Of a stretch of DNA of 40,837 nt, positions 31,829 to 40,102 are shown piece after piece; position 1 is the first letter of the stretch, and each line of letters starts with the position of its first letter. Source of the DNA: a virus. A program made the translations under genes and the position numbers. The DNA lies in the IMG/VR virus record IMGVR_UViG_3300001202_000004, positions 1-40,837 of that record; one strand, given 5' to 3'. The notes under the pieces are model-generated. The model saw only the letters and a program-made list of their open reading frames with translations. It had not been told where the DNA came from and searched no databases.

Positions 31829-34390
31829 TTATCGGCCTCGTCGTGTTAGTGATTGTCGCGACTTCTTTCCAGAATATTGATTATAAGACGAGACGCCTTT
31901 TACTGTCGTAACCTCTGCGATAGGGGCGGCGACAGAAGCCGCTCTCTTGTCGACATAAGGTTCGAATAGCGGAGAAGGCTGGAGCTCGATCTTTAGAGAA
32001 CTCCGTCCCGTTATAGCCGCCGCGCTGGAGGCGAAAGAACTCGCACCAATAGGAGACAGGCTGGAGCCTTGCGTCTCGAAGGAAGGCTTCGCGAAACCGT
32101 TAATCGTATCACTGGAGGAGCTGGAGCTAGAGGAGCCTTTCGAGAATATGCTCGATATAGCTCCGACGGCTCCGCCTAACTTTCCTAATGTGCTATCCTT
32201 CCCGAATATGGATCCTAGAGCTCCACCTATTCCGGACGCTATAGAGCCCAGATCTCCGGCCTTGATACCATTAATCAAACCTTGAAAGGCTCCTAATATA
32301 TTTGTGAAGGCGTCGACGCCTGTCGCTCCTGTCTTTGCGAGCTCCGCCGCTGTCTTGCGAGCTTCTTCCTGTAACCCGGTTAGAGTGTCTCTGGAGGCGA
32401 CGACTTTCTCCGCCATAGCGCGAGCCTCTTCTCCCGTCCCTTGGAAGCCTCCCTGTAGGATCCGGATCTTCTCCGCGACGATATCATACTCCGCCTGAGA
32501 GACGCGCAGAGCTTCGACGAGGAGCGCGTTATTAGCGATCTCTTCCTCTATGCTCGTTACGACGTCGTTATGAGCGGAGGCGGCCTGAGCGGCGGCTCTG
32601 GCGAGCTCCTCCGCGTGGCGGATAGTCTCCTCCGTCGCTTTCTCTACGGCCTCTCTCTCCAGATCCGCCGCGTTCTGGGCGGCTTCCATAGCCGCGCGGC
32701 TATCGAGTATAGATCCAGCCATAACGCGAGCGGCTTCCGCTGTCCCAGTGTAGCCGTCTTCGACGAGGCGGATCGTCTCCGCTGTTAATTCATATTCGCG
32801 CTGGGAGACTTTTAACGCCGCTGTTAGCCGGGCGTTGTTTTCGATCTCTTCCTTCGTCGACGCGACGGCGGATTTATGAGCGGCCATGATATCAGAAGAT
32901 CTCTTCTTCGCGGCCTTGGCGGCGGCCTCTTGTTCTTTAGTGAGAACGACTGTCGTCTCTGTGACTTTGACAGCTTCGCCGCCCAGCTCTTTATAGCGCT
33001 TCTGGAGATCTATAGAGGCTCTCTCGTTATCGAGGAGCGCGTCGCGAGCGGCCTTAACTGCGCGGCCTGTCTTCGCCATATTCTCCGCGATCTTCTTATT
33101 AAGACCAAGCTGTCCAGCGGCGCGGCCTACCGGGTTAGAGTTTAACGCGACGAAGGCTCTCGCTTGCTTCTTAAGGAGTAACTCCTGTTGTTCTAGACGA
33201 GCCTTGATATTCTCCCGGATCGCCTCTGCCTCTTTTAACTGAGCTCTCGCGCCTTCCAGAGTTGTCGCTCGTTCGCGATCCAAAAGAGACTTGTTATCCC
33301 CTATCAATCCGTAGAGCTCGTCTCTTGCTTTTTTATTATCTCGTATCGCCGGGGATAGCGTTTTATATCCCATATAGAGAGCTGTTAACCCGGCGGCGAC
33401 AAGGCCTATAGGGCCAAGTATAGCGATTAGCGCGGCGGCGGTTCCTCCTAATGCTGTCGCTCCAGAGAGGACAGCGAAGGCGGCGGAGAGCGGCGCTAAG
33501 ACTGTCATAAGCGTACCTATCCCAGCGACGAGAGGGCCAATAGCGGCCAAGACGGCGGCGGCTATTACAATAGTTTTTTGCATCCCCGGAGAGAGATTAT
33601 TAAATCCGTCTAATACGCGAGTGAGAGCCGCTGTAAGAGGAGGAAGGATCTTAAGGGAAAACTCTCCTATGATCCTTCCAAAACGTGCGTAGGCGTCCTC
33701 TAGATCCGATCCGGGGACGGCATCCTGAGCGGCCTTCGCGGATCCGGCGTATTGTTTCTCCAGCTCTTTAAGGATTATATTCTGAGCTCCGGCGGCGTTC
33801 CCGGCGGCGACCATATCTTTAACCATTTTTTTCTGTTGCTCTGAGAACTGAATTCCCACGCGGGAGAGAGCTGTTAAGCCTAAGACTGGATCGTTAAGTG
33901 CTTTTCCGACGGCTATAGTAGAAGCCTTAAGATCTTGATCCAAACGCTCCGACAGATCTAGCGCGGCCTGTTGCGCTCTATCGAATGTTGTCCCGGAGAC
34001 GTTCCCAAACGTAAGCATATTAGCCGTAACTTTTCTAAGGACTTCGTCCGCGTTAAAATTACTTAAACCCTCTAGCTCGATAGCGGACTTCTTTAATTCC
34101 GCAGACGTTTTGCCGGAGGCGGATCCCATAGACTTAAGACCCGCTTCGACTTGCGCCATTGCCTCTCTATGATCTTTCCCGGCTTTCGTGCTCGATATTC
34201 CAATTAGCGCCAGAGGAGCCGTAAATCCGATAGAGAGAGCAGAGCCTATGCGCTTGGTACGCTCGCCCATTTTTTTAAAGTTACGCTCTGTCCGCTTGAT
34301 CTCGCGAGCGACCTTGTCCGTCCCTTTTTCAAAGGCCGCCGTATCAGCTCCGAATACCGCCCGGAGGGCTCCGATAGTTGCGCTCGACAT
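31829..34390 (-). CDS. Tape measure protein
   Basis: 853 aa, Ala-rich and helical, with a central hydrophobic block and an internal duplication. It follows the G/GT chaperones. Confidence 0.9.
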   Translation of the reverse strand: MSSATIGALRAVFGADTAAFEKGTDKVAREIKRTERNFKKMGERTKRIGSALSIGFTAPLALIGISSTKAGKDHREAMAQVEAGLKSMGSASGKTSAELKKSAIELEGLSNFNADEVLRKVTANMLTFGNVSGTTFDRAQQAALDLSERLDQDLKASTIAVGKALNDPVLGLTALSRVGIQFSEQQKKMVKDMVAAGNAAGAQNIILKELEKQYAGSAKAAQDAVPGSDLEDAYARFGRIIGEFSLKILPPLTAALTRVLDGFNNLSPGMQKTIVIAAAVLAAIGPLVAGIGTLMTVLAPLSAAFAVLSGATALGGTAAALIAILGPIGLVAAGLTALYMGYKTLSPAIRDNKKARDELYGLIGDNKSLLDRERATTLEGARAQLKEAEAIRENIKARLEQQELLLKKQARAFVALNSNPVGRAAGQLGLNKKIAENMAKTGRAVKAARDALLDNERASIDLQKRYKELGGEAVKVTETTVVLTKEQEAAAKAAKKRSSDIMAAHKSAVASTKEEIENNARLTAALKVSQREYELTAETIRLVEDGYTGTAEAARVMAGSILDSRAAMEAAQNAADLEREAVEKATEETIRHAEELARAAAQAASAHNDVVTSIEEEIANNALLVEALRVSQAEYDIVAEKIRILQGGFQGTGEEARAMAEKVVASRDTLTGLQEEARKTAAELAKTGATGVDAFTNILGAFQGLINGIKAGDLGSIASGIGGALGSIFGKDSTLGKLGGAVGAISSIFSKGSSSSSSSSDTINGFAKPSFETQGSSLSPIGASSFASSAAAITGRSSLKIELQPSPLFEPYVDKRAASVAAPIAEVTTVKGVSSYNQYSGKKSRQSLTRRGR

Positions 34391-34399
34391 ATGTCTCTC

Positions 34400-35076
34400 C
34401 TACTCTTTTCCTAAGGCCTTAAATGCGTGAAACCACAAACCTAAGCCCTCTTGCGCCGGGATCTCGCCGCCGCTCTGCCCCTTCGCCTTACTAAGAGGCT
34501 CGCCTGTTTTCAAGTCTACGAGATATTTATAGACCTCCGGCTTATCCATCCGGGAGAATAGAGCTGTTAAAAATGCTGTCTGGACAGAGAGGTTATGAGC
34601 CGCGTTATGGCGCATAGTCGCGCCTTGCATAATCGCTTCGTATGTCCTGAATGTTTGCTTCCAGAAGTCTTCCGGATTAAATCCCGCCGCCGTCCATTCT
34701 GACAGGAGGGAAAAATAATAAGAGCGTCCCCAGCCTTTAAAGCTGGGATCGCGTTCTATTTTTTTTTTGGAGAGCCGTCCGCGTTAATCTTGTCTGGATA
34801 GGCGACGTGTAACGCGCCAATAATGGACTTGCCTATAGCGTCCATCCCTTGCTCCTCGATAAGCTTCCCGACGTCCCGGAGGGTTATCTCTGGATGATGC
34901 TCCAGCAAGGCCGCCCAGAGGAGGACGCGGATCGTCCTCGACTGTTTCATTCTGTCTTTATTTTCTAAGACAGAACTAATGTCCTCTTGAAAGACCTCCT
35001 CCGCTTCGCAGACCGCGTTAACGTCAAACTGGAGAATGTGCTTTTGATCTCCTAACGGGAAAGTCTTAACGCTCAT
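34400..35076 (-). CDS. Tail assembly chaperone GT-like fusion made by -1 programmed frameshift
   Basis: The -1 frame is open from the A10 run through to 34400. It reads ..KKKIERDPSFKGWGRSYYFSLLSEWTAAGFNPEDFWKQTFRTYEAIMQGATMRH... Coordinate arithmetic confirms the frame relation. Confidence 0.7.
34756..35076 (-). CDS. Tail assembly chaperone G-like (GTA g10-like)
   Basis: 106 aa. It sits between the major tail and tape measure genes and ends CCA-AAA-AAA-AAA-TAG. Confidence 0.75.
   Translation of the reverse strand: MSVKTFPLGDQKHILQFDVNAVCEAEEVFQEDISSVLENKDRMKQSRTIRVLLWAALLEHHPEITLRDVGKLIEEQGMDAIGKSIIGALHVAYPDKINADGSPKKK
34759..34768 (-). promoter_or_regulatory. A10 slippery tract for the G/GT -1 frameshift
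   Basis: Ten consecutive A residues on the coding strand (T10 on the plus strand) lie immediately before the G stop codon. Confidence 0.7.
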
Positions 35077-35078
35077 TT

Positions 35079-35510
35079 TTAGCTATCGCCCTGAGAAGGA
35101 AGGCCGGAAACCTTAAGCGTAAATGATGCTGTCCGTTCGGATCCAGTGTCCGCGTCGTTAGGTGAATACGCGATAACAGCGACAGAGGCGGCGACAGTTT
35201 GATCCGGATCTCCGGGCATTGCTAATTCAGCGGGGCGCTTCTCTCTACTTGCCCAGTGCTCGCGGAGAAGGATATCGTCCGCATTGCCGGGGACGTAAGT
35301 AATAGTCCCAGCCATTTCGCCGGGATTAAGGCGAGCGACTAAAAAGCAATCGACACCGCCGTCCTTTTGATCCGTTGTATCAACAGTCGACGCGGTTAAG
35401 TTTGGAGGCGTAACCGTCTTAATTCCCAAGAGCTCTTGTAACGCTCCGGCGCTGTTGGTTAATTTGAGAGTATTACCTCCGCCTAATATTCCTTCGACTA
35501 CGCTCGACAT
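35079..35510 (-). CDS. Major tail protein
   Basis: 143 aa. Supported by its position and a TP901-1/GTA g9-like pattern (VDTTDQKDGG...GTITYVPG). Confidence 0.7.
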   Translation of the reverse strand: MSSVVEGILGGGNTLKLTNSAGALQELLGIKTVTPPNLTASTVDTTDQKDGGVDCFLVARLNPGEMAGTITYVPGNADDILLREHWASREKRPAELAMPGDPDQTVAASVAVIAYSPNDADTGSERTASFTLKVSGLPSQGDS

Positions 35511-35589
35511 ATGTCTCTCCAGTGTTACGCATTAAAAACAATAGGTGAGAATTCGCATAAATTATAAAATTTAACAAGAGGGAATTATC

Positions 35590-36048
35590 TTAAGAGGCTG
35601 GAGCCGCCTTCGCTTTGTAATAGACCATAAAGTCTATAGAGGCGTGATAGACGCGAGCTCCGCCTTTTAGATCCTCGACTGGAAGATCTCGCGAGCTATC
35701 CATATAAAACCTCTCGAAGATCGTCGAGCCGAATTCTACAGGCGCGAAAGCTGTCTTAGACGGCGTTAGGAGCCCCCTTAGAGCCGTCGTCATTTTGTCG
35801 ATCTCTGTTACTGTATTCCCGAAGAGATCAAACTGGACGCGAGCGGGCTCCAGAAGGCTCCGGCCTCTTTGCTCTAACACCTCGACGAGGGAGACAAGAC
35901 GGAGAGTGATAGCCGGGAGATCCTGTATATTTGGCCGCGTTACCCATGATATTAAAGGATCATTGTCCTTACTGTGTTTTCCCACTGTCAGAGCGAGCGC
36001 GGGCTTAGAATGAAGATATCCTATAAGGTCTACTCTAAAGCTACTCAT
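35590..36048 (-). CDS. Tail completion protein (DUF3168 / HK97 gp11-like)
   Basis: 152 aa. Supported by synteny after the gp10-like gene. Confidence 0.6.
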   Translation of the reverse strand: MSSFRVDLIGYLHSKPALALTVGKHSKDNDPLISWVTRPNIQDLPAITLRLVSLVEVLEQRGRSLLEPARVQFDLFGNTVTEIDKMTTALRGLLTPSKTAFAPVEFGSTIFERFYMDSSRDLPVEDLKGGARVYHASIDFMVYYKAKAAPAS

Positions 36049-36052
36049 ATCG

Positions 36053-36499
36053 TTATCCTCCAGCCTTAAGCTTCGCGGCGTCGCGAGCGATCTTTCGCTC
36101 CTGTCTCTCGATAGCTTTGTAGAGTTGATCCCACAAGCCCTCTTGAAAATTAACCAAGACTTCGAACTTCTTAGCGTCCCACGCTGGGCGGAGATATGGG
36201 CTCGCTCCGTGGTGTATTGTTCCGAATTCTTGAGGGATTGCTTGCCGGGCGGATCTGTCCGGGCCTACATATATTTCGACAGGGGATTTTTTAGAGGCGC
36301 GAGGTTTTACTTTTGTGGAGATCTCTATCTTATCGGAGAGCTCTCCGGATCTTTCTGGAGCCTTATGCTTCGCGAAGACCTTTACAGGCTCCAGAGCTTT
36401 AAACATTGTCCGTCTAGTTAGACTTTTTGCTGTTGCTGTTTTTAGTTGAAACAGCAGAGCTTCCATCTCCCTTGCCCCCTCTATTTTTACTGTCAGCAT
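36053..36499 (-). CDS. HK97 gp10-family tail-head joining protein
   Basis: The N-terminus MLTVKIEGAREMEALLFQL and the HHGASPYLRPAW segment are typical of the gp10 family. Confidence 0.7.
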   Translation of the reverse strand: MLTVKIEGAREMEALLFQLKTATAKSLTRRTMFKALEPVKVFAKHKAPERSGELSDKIEISTKVKPRASKKSPVEIYVGPDRSARQAIPQEFGTIHHGASPYLRPAWDAKKFEVLVNFQEGLWDQLYKAIERQERKIARDAAKLKAGG

Positions 36500-36632
36500 T
36501 TTCTACAACCTTTATAAATCCGGCGGCGACGTCGGCGTCCGGGTTAGGATGCTTATAGACGGCTCCCTTAGGTTTTACAAATTGATCGCCGTGTCCGTTA
36601 GTGTGTTTCTTTAGGGTTTTAACTGTTTTCAT
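36414..36632 (-). CDS. Small basic hypothetical protein (start trimmed to Met17)
   Basis: MKTVKTLKKHTNGHGDQF... is preceded by RBS GAGAGG. It overlaps the gp10-like gene out of frame by 86 nt. Confidence 0.4.
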   Translation of the reverse strand: MKTVKTLKKHTNGHGDQFVKPKGAVYKHPNPDADVAAGFIKVVENADSKNRGGKGDGSSAVSTKNSNSKKSN

Positions 36633-36649
36633 GGGGATAGACCTCTCGT

Positions 36650-36991
36650 TTAATTGCGGGCTTCCGCGACGACGAGCCACTCCCGGCGGCGGCGATCACC
36701 CTCCGCCGCGCTTACTATATCCCAGTCCTTCCCGTCAAACCGTAATCTGTGAGTGTCTGGTGCGATACCAGAGCTAAACTCCGTATATCTGAAATATATA
36801 GTCGCTGGGAGCGAGGCTTGTTCCTGAGCGGCTCCTACGCGGCGCTCTCCGCCTGTCCCGCGCTGGACTTCCGCCCAAAGCTTCTTGTTAGGAGATCCAC
36901 TATTCCACGATACAACTTCCTCCTTCATAGCGTTTCTGGAGGCGGAGCGAGTTAAGATCTCGACGCGCTTATCGTACTTCCCGGCGGCCAT
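36650..36991 (-). CDS. Head closure / head-tail adaptor protein (HK97 gp9-like)
   Basis: 113 aa. YDKRVEIL...WAEVQRGTGGE follows the pattern of head-tail joining proteins. Confidence 0.7.
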   Translation of the reverse strand: MAAGKYDKRVEILTRSASRNAMKEEVVSWNSGSPNKKLWAEVQRGTGGERRVGAAQEQASLPATIYFRYTEFSSGIAPDTHRLRFDGKDWDIVSAAEGDRRRREWLVVAEARN

Positions 36992-37509
36992 TACGAGAGC
37001 TCGTCTCTATCTAGATCTAACAGAGCTCTCGTCGTCATATGGATAGAGGACGAGATCGTCCCTACGGCGACTGTCTCGCGGTTTTCGTACCAGTGACCAA
37101 TAAGCAATAGCGCGGCCTGTTGTATATGCTCCGGGACGGCGTCGCTTTCGTCGCCTATCTCGACAGTGATATAGACTAAGGACGGGTGCAAGATCTCTGG
37201 GAAGGATAGTCCTATAGCTGGATAGATCCTACTCCCTACTAACCGGAGCTCCTCTATATCCATATTTTGCTCGTTACCCTCCGGATCCGTGTAGAGGACT
37301 GTCGTTATACTCGATACAGGCTCGACGGGGATCTCGACGCGATCTCCGAAACAATGGACGGAGTAAGTCTCCGGACGCGCGGAGTAAATCTTCCCAGTGT
37401 ATCTTTCGCAATATGTCGTAGCGGCCTTAATATAAACTTCGAGAAGTGCATCTTCTTCGTCCTCGTCGATCTTACATTGTGTCTTAACTAATTCGAGATC
37501 TGTAAACAT
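36991..37509 (-). CDS. Head-tail connector (gp6-like)
   Basis: MFTDLELVKTQCKIDEDEEDALLEVYIKAATTYCERYTG is a typical gp6-like N-terminus. Confidence 0.75.
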   Translation of the reverse strand: MFTDLELVKTQCKIDEDEEDALLEVYIKAATTYCERYTGKIYSARPETYSVHCFGDRVEIPVEPVSSITTVLYTDPEGNEQNMDIEELRLVGSRIYPAIGLSFPEILHPSLVYITVEIGDESDAVPEHIQQAALLLIGHWYENRETVAVGTISSSIHMTTRALLDLDRDELS

Positions 37510-37577
37510 TTTAAAGCCTATTGTTAAATTAGAGGAGAAGCGAAGATCCGCTCCCCCGGTATTGGTTTTTAAGAGAG

Positions 37578-37985
37578 CTACTCTTCCTCTTCGCTGGCGA
37601 GTAATTCTGTAGCGGAGGCGACTAGGGCCGCCATATCGAGATTAAGCTGGCCGGAGAGCTCTTCGACACGTTCGGAAGTCAAGCCCGCTAGAGTGTCGAC
37701 TGTGTCGATCCCGGCTTCGACTAGCTTCTTCGCCGTCCCTTCTCCTACGCCTTTAATGTCGATTAATTTTTTTGCCTCTGGAGCTGGAGCTTTATCCTCC
37801 GGAGGTTTTGCTCCGACAGAGAGAGATCCTTTTTTAAATTCTTCGATCTCTTCTTTTGTGGCTTCCCGGAGGACTTTGGGGATCAAGTGCTTAACTACGG
37901 ATGCCGTCGCCTCTCTGTAGTCGCCTGTCTTATAAGACTTGTCGCCTTCATGGTTTCGTAGTGTTACAAAAAGCTTTTTAGTCAT
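37578..37985 (-). CDS. Helix-hairpin-helix domain protein in the head module
   Basis: 135 aa containing IDIKGVGEGTAKKLVEAGIDTVDTLAGL, an HhH motif. Confidence 0.55.
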   Translation of the reverse strand: MTKKLFVTLRNHEGDKSYKTGDYREATASVVKHLIPKVLREATKEEIEEFKKGSLSVGAKPPEDKAPAPEAKKLIDIKGVGEGTAKKLVEAGIDTVDTLAGLTSERVEELSGQLNLDMAALVASATELLASEEEE

Positions 37986-38010
37986 TATCTTCTCCTGTTG
38001 ATTTTACATA

Positions 38011-38040
38011 ATAAAAAAGCGGAGGATCTCTCCTCCGCTT
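38011..38040 (-). terminator. Strong intrinsic terminator after the major capsid gene
   Basis: The minus strand reads AAGCGGAGGA-GAGA-TCCTCCGCTT followed by TTTTTTAT, giving an 8-10 bp stem and a 4-nt loop. Confidence 0.75.
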
Positions 38041-38066
38041 CCTTTTACTGTTTTTTAAGACGAAGT

Positions 38067-39386
38067 CTAGGCGGCGATAGCCGTAGGCGGATCTAAGTCA
38101 CCAGTGACAAAGGCCTCAGGACGATAGATCGCCAGAGCGAGACGCTCTTCACATAGGATCGTAACGAGGTTTTTCCGGAAGTTATCCTTATCCTCTGTCG
38201 ACGCCATAACCGTCGCGTCCATTCTGTCGAATATCTGCGCGGCCATGCCAAAGGCTCCCGTTAAGAAGGTGTTAATCCCTTGGGCCTGTGTCGCAATTAC
38301 AGGAGCGCTCCACAATGTCGGGCGGATTGTCCCTTGTGGATTTCCGATAATGTAACGGCCTTCGCTGTCCTTAGTCGTTTCGATATCCGCCCAGTTAGTA
38401 GGATGGATAATAATCCCGGAAGCTGGGAACTCCGCTAGAGACGCCTGTAAAAGCGCTAGGCGGATAACGTCGATATTTGACTGATCTGCCACTTCAAACG
38501 CTGGAGCGAAGGCTGTAGCGCCGGAGGCCAGCCCTAGAAGGTTCTGTCCTGTCCCGTCGCCGTTTAGAAGCTGTTGTTCCTCTTTGAATTTCAACATATA
38601 ACGAAGACGTCCGTCGATCATAGAACGAAGGCCAGCGGCGTCGTCTAGGATCTCCATAGAAGCCTCCATGAAGTGAGCGATCTTACGGACTTTAGTAGTC
38701 ACAAGATCAAACTTAAGAGAACTCTCCGGCTTTAATTCGCCTTCCGCTACCATAGCCGCATTATTCTCGTAGCCTGTCTCTTGGACATACTCGATAGAGG
38801 ACGCGCTAGTCTGGCCTTGAGCGAGAAGATCCCGGATCGTTAGGCGTTGATTAGGAAGCGTCGCCATAGGGGACACGATACGTTGACTATCGACGAGATC
38901 CCCGGCGGAGCCTAAGGCGTCCGTCGTAAGAGACGTAATCGTCTTACAGTTAACGACGATCTTAGAAGCCGCGCCCATTCCGCCTTGCCCTGTAATGGCT
39001 TTAAACTCTTCCGCGTTAATGAACTTTTGACCCGCCGTTAGAGTAACTTCTGTCTGTTGCCCTACGTTAGCGAATTTCTGCTCTAAGGCTTTGAACGCTG
39101 TATTAGTCTCGTTCATATTCGTAAGAGCTTCGTCGAGCTCTTCCTTAAAACCTTTAGTCGCCTTCTCGCCGCTCTCGACTTGGCCTAATGCCTTTTCCGC
39201 TTTGTCGCGGACGTCGGAGAGTTTCGCGTCGAAGGATTTTCCTAATTCGGAGATCGCGTCTTTGATATCTTCCATTGAGACGGCTTCGTCTTCCTTATAT
39301 TCCATAAGAGGGCCAGCGGCGGATAGGTGAGCCATACCGAGCATAAGACCGGAGATAAAGGCGCTACGTGATAATAGTGTTTTCAT
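38067..39386 (-). CDS. Major capsid protein, HK97 fold, with an N-terminal delta/scaffold-like region
   Basis: 439 aa. A coiled N-terminal region is followed by a conserved capsid core (TIRDLLAQGQTSASSIEYVQE...). The start is uncertain: the first 27 aa look signal-peptide-like, and Met28 or Met38 are alternatives. Confidence 0.85.
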   Translation of the reverse strand: MKTLLSRSAFISGLMLGMAHLSAAGPLMEYKEDEAVSMEDIKDAISELGKSFDAKLSDVRDKAEKALGQVESGEKATKGFKEELDEALTNMNETNTAFKALEQKFANVGQQTEVTLTAGQKFINAEEFKAITGQGGMGAASKIVVNCKTITSLTTDALGSAGDLVDSQRIVSPMATLPNQRLTIRDLLAQGQTSASSIEYVQETGYENNAAMVAEGELKPESSLKFDLVTTKVRKIAHFMEASMEILDDAAGLRSMIDGRLRYMLKFKEEQQLLNGDGTGQNLLGLASGATAFAPAFEVADQSNIDVIRLALLQASLAEFPASGIIIHPTNWADIETTKDSEGRYIIGNPQGTIRPTLWSAPVIATQAQGINTFLTGAFGMAAQIFDRMDATVMASTEDKDNFRKNLVTILCEERLALAIYRPEAFVTGDLDPPTAIAA

Positions 39387-39421
39387 TTACTTACTTTCTT
39401 TGGTGTGAGGGATAGCCTCGA

Positions 39422-40102
39422 TTAAGTGATTAACGCTCGAATATCCTTAAGGATCTCCGCCGCGTCATTGTTTGGCTTGTCTGGATCCCCCAGACCTTTC
39501 TTGAGGTTTACACGGATAGCCCGCTCCGCCTCTGAGTTAGTGAGATTACAATTCTCTTTAAGAATTATCTCCCACTCTCTCTCGCTCAACCGCTCCCCGG
39601 TTGCAAGCTTTGTGCGAATATCAGTTAGCGATTTAACCGCCGTCATATTCGCGTAAGGATCCATCCCGATAGGGACGAAACTTATCTCTTTCAAATCTAA
39701 TTCTTTGATCTTACGGATCCCGCGCTCTTTAGTAGCGCCGCCGGGCGGGACGATATATCCGATAGACATAGATCTCGCTAGGCCTTTTTTCATTAGCGTA
39801 TAGGCTTTTTTAGAAAGCTCCGACATAGTCGGGACGACTGTCCCTGCAACCCAGAGGCCTTCTTTTCTTTCTTCTAAGTCCGTGATCCCGCCGATAACGT
39901 CCTCCTCCCTGTGTCGCCAGAGGAAAGGGATTATCCGGTTTTGCTCCCGGCGCTCTTTAATCGTTTTACTGTACGCGCCGGGGAGGATCATATCGCCGCC
40001 GTGATCGACCTTATTAAAGATCGAGGCGATACCTTCGAAAGCTCCTTCGTCGGAGACTTCCTTAAACTGTAAGTCGAAAACAGAGTTATTATTCGTCGAC
40101 AT
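39422..40102 (-). CDS. Prohead protease (HK97 family)
   Basis: The start at 40102 (MSTNNNSVFDL) is preceded by AGGAGGAG. FEGIASIFNKVDHGGDMILPGAY and SIGY are typical of S78-family prohead proteases. Confidence 0.8.
   Translation of the reverse strand: MSTNNNSVFDLQFKEVSDEGAFEGIASIFNKVDHGGDMILPGAYSKTIKERREQNRIIPFLWRHREEDVIGGITDLEERKEGLWVAGTVVPTMSELSKKAYTLMKKGLARSMSIGYIVPPGGATKERGIRKIKELDLKEISFVPIGMDPYANMTAVKSLTDIRTKLATGERLSEREWEIILKENCNLTNSEAERAIRVNLKKGLGDPDKPNNDAAEILKDIRALIT

Noticed and set aside
32120-32150. Poly-serine run (SSSSSSSS) in the tape measure protein, considered as a slippage-prone repeat
   Set aside because: It is encoded by mixed codons (gga/gct/aga complements), not a nucleotide homopolymer or microsatellite, so slippage is unlikely.
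35511-35589. Perfect TATAAT in the AT-rich gap before the major tail gene, considered as an internal promoter
   Set aside because: No acceptable -35 element or extended -10 lies at proper spacing. It may still boost tail gene expression, but the sequence evidence is too weak to annotate.
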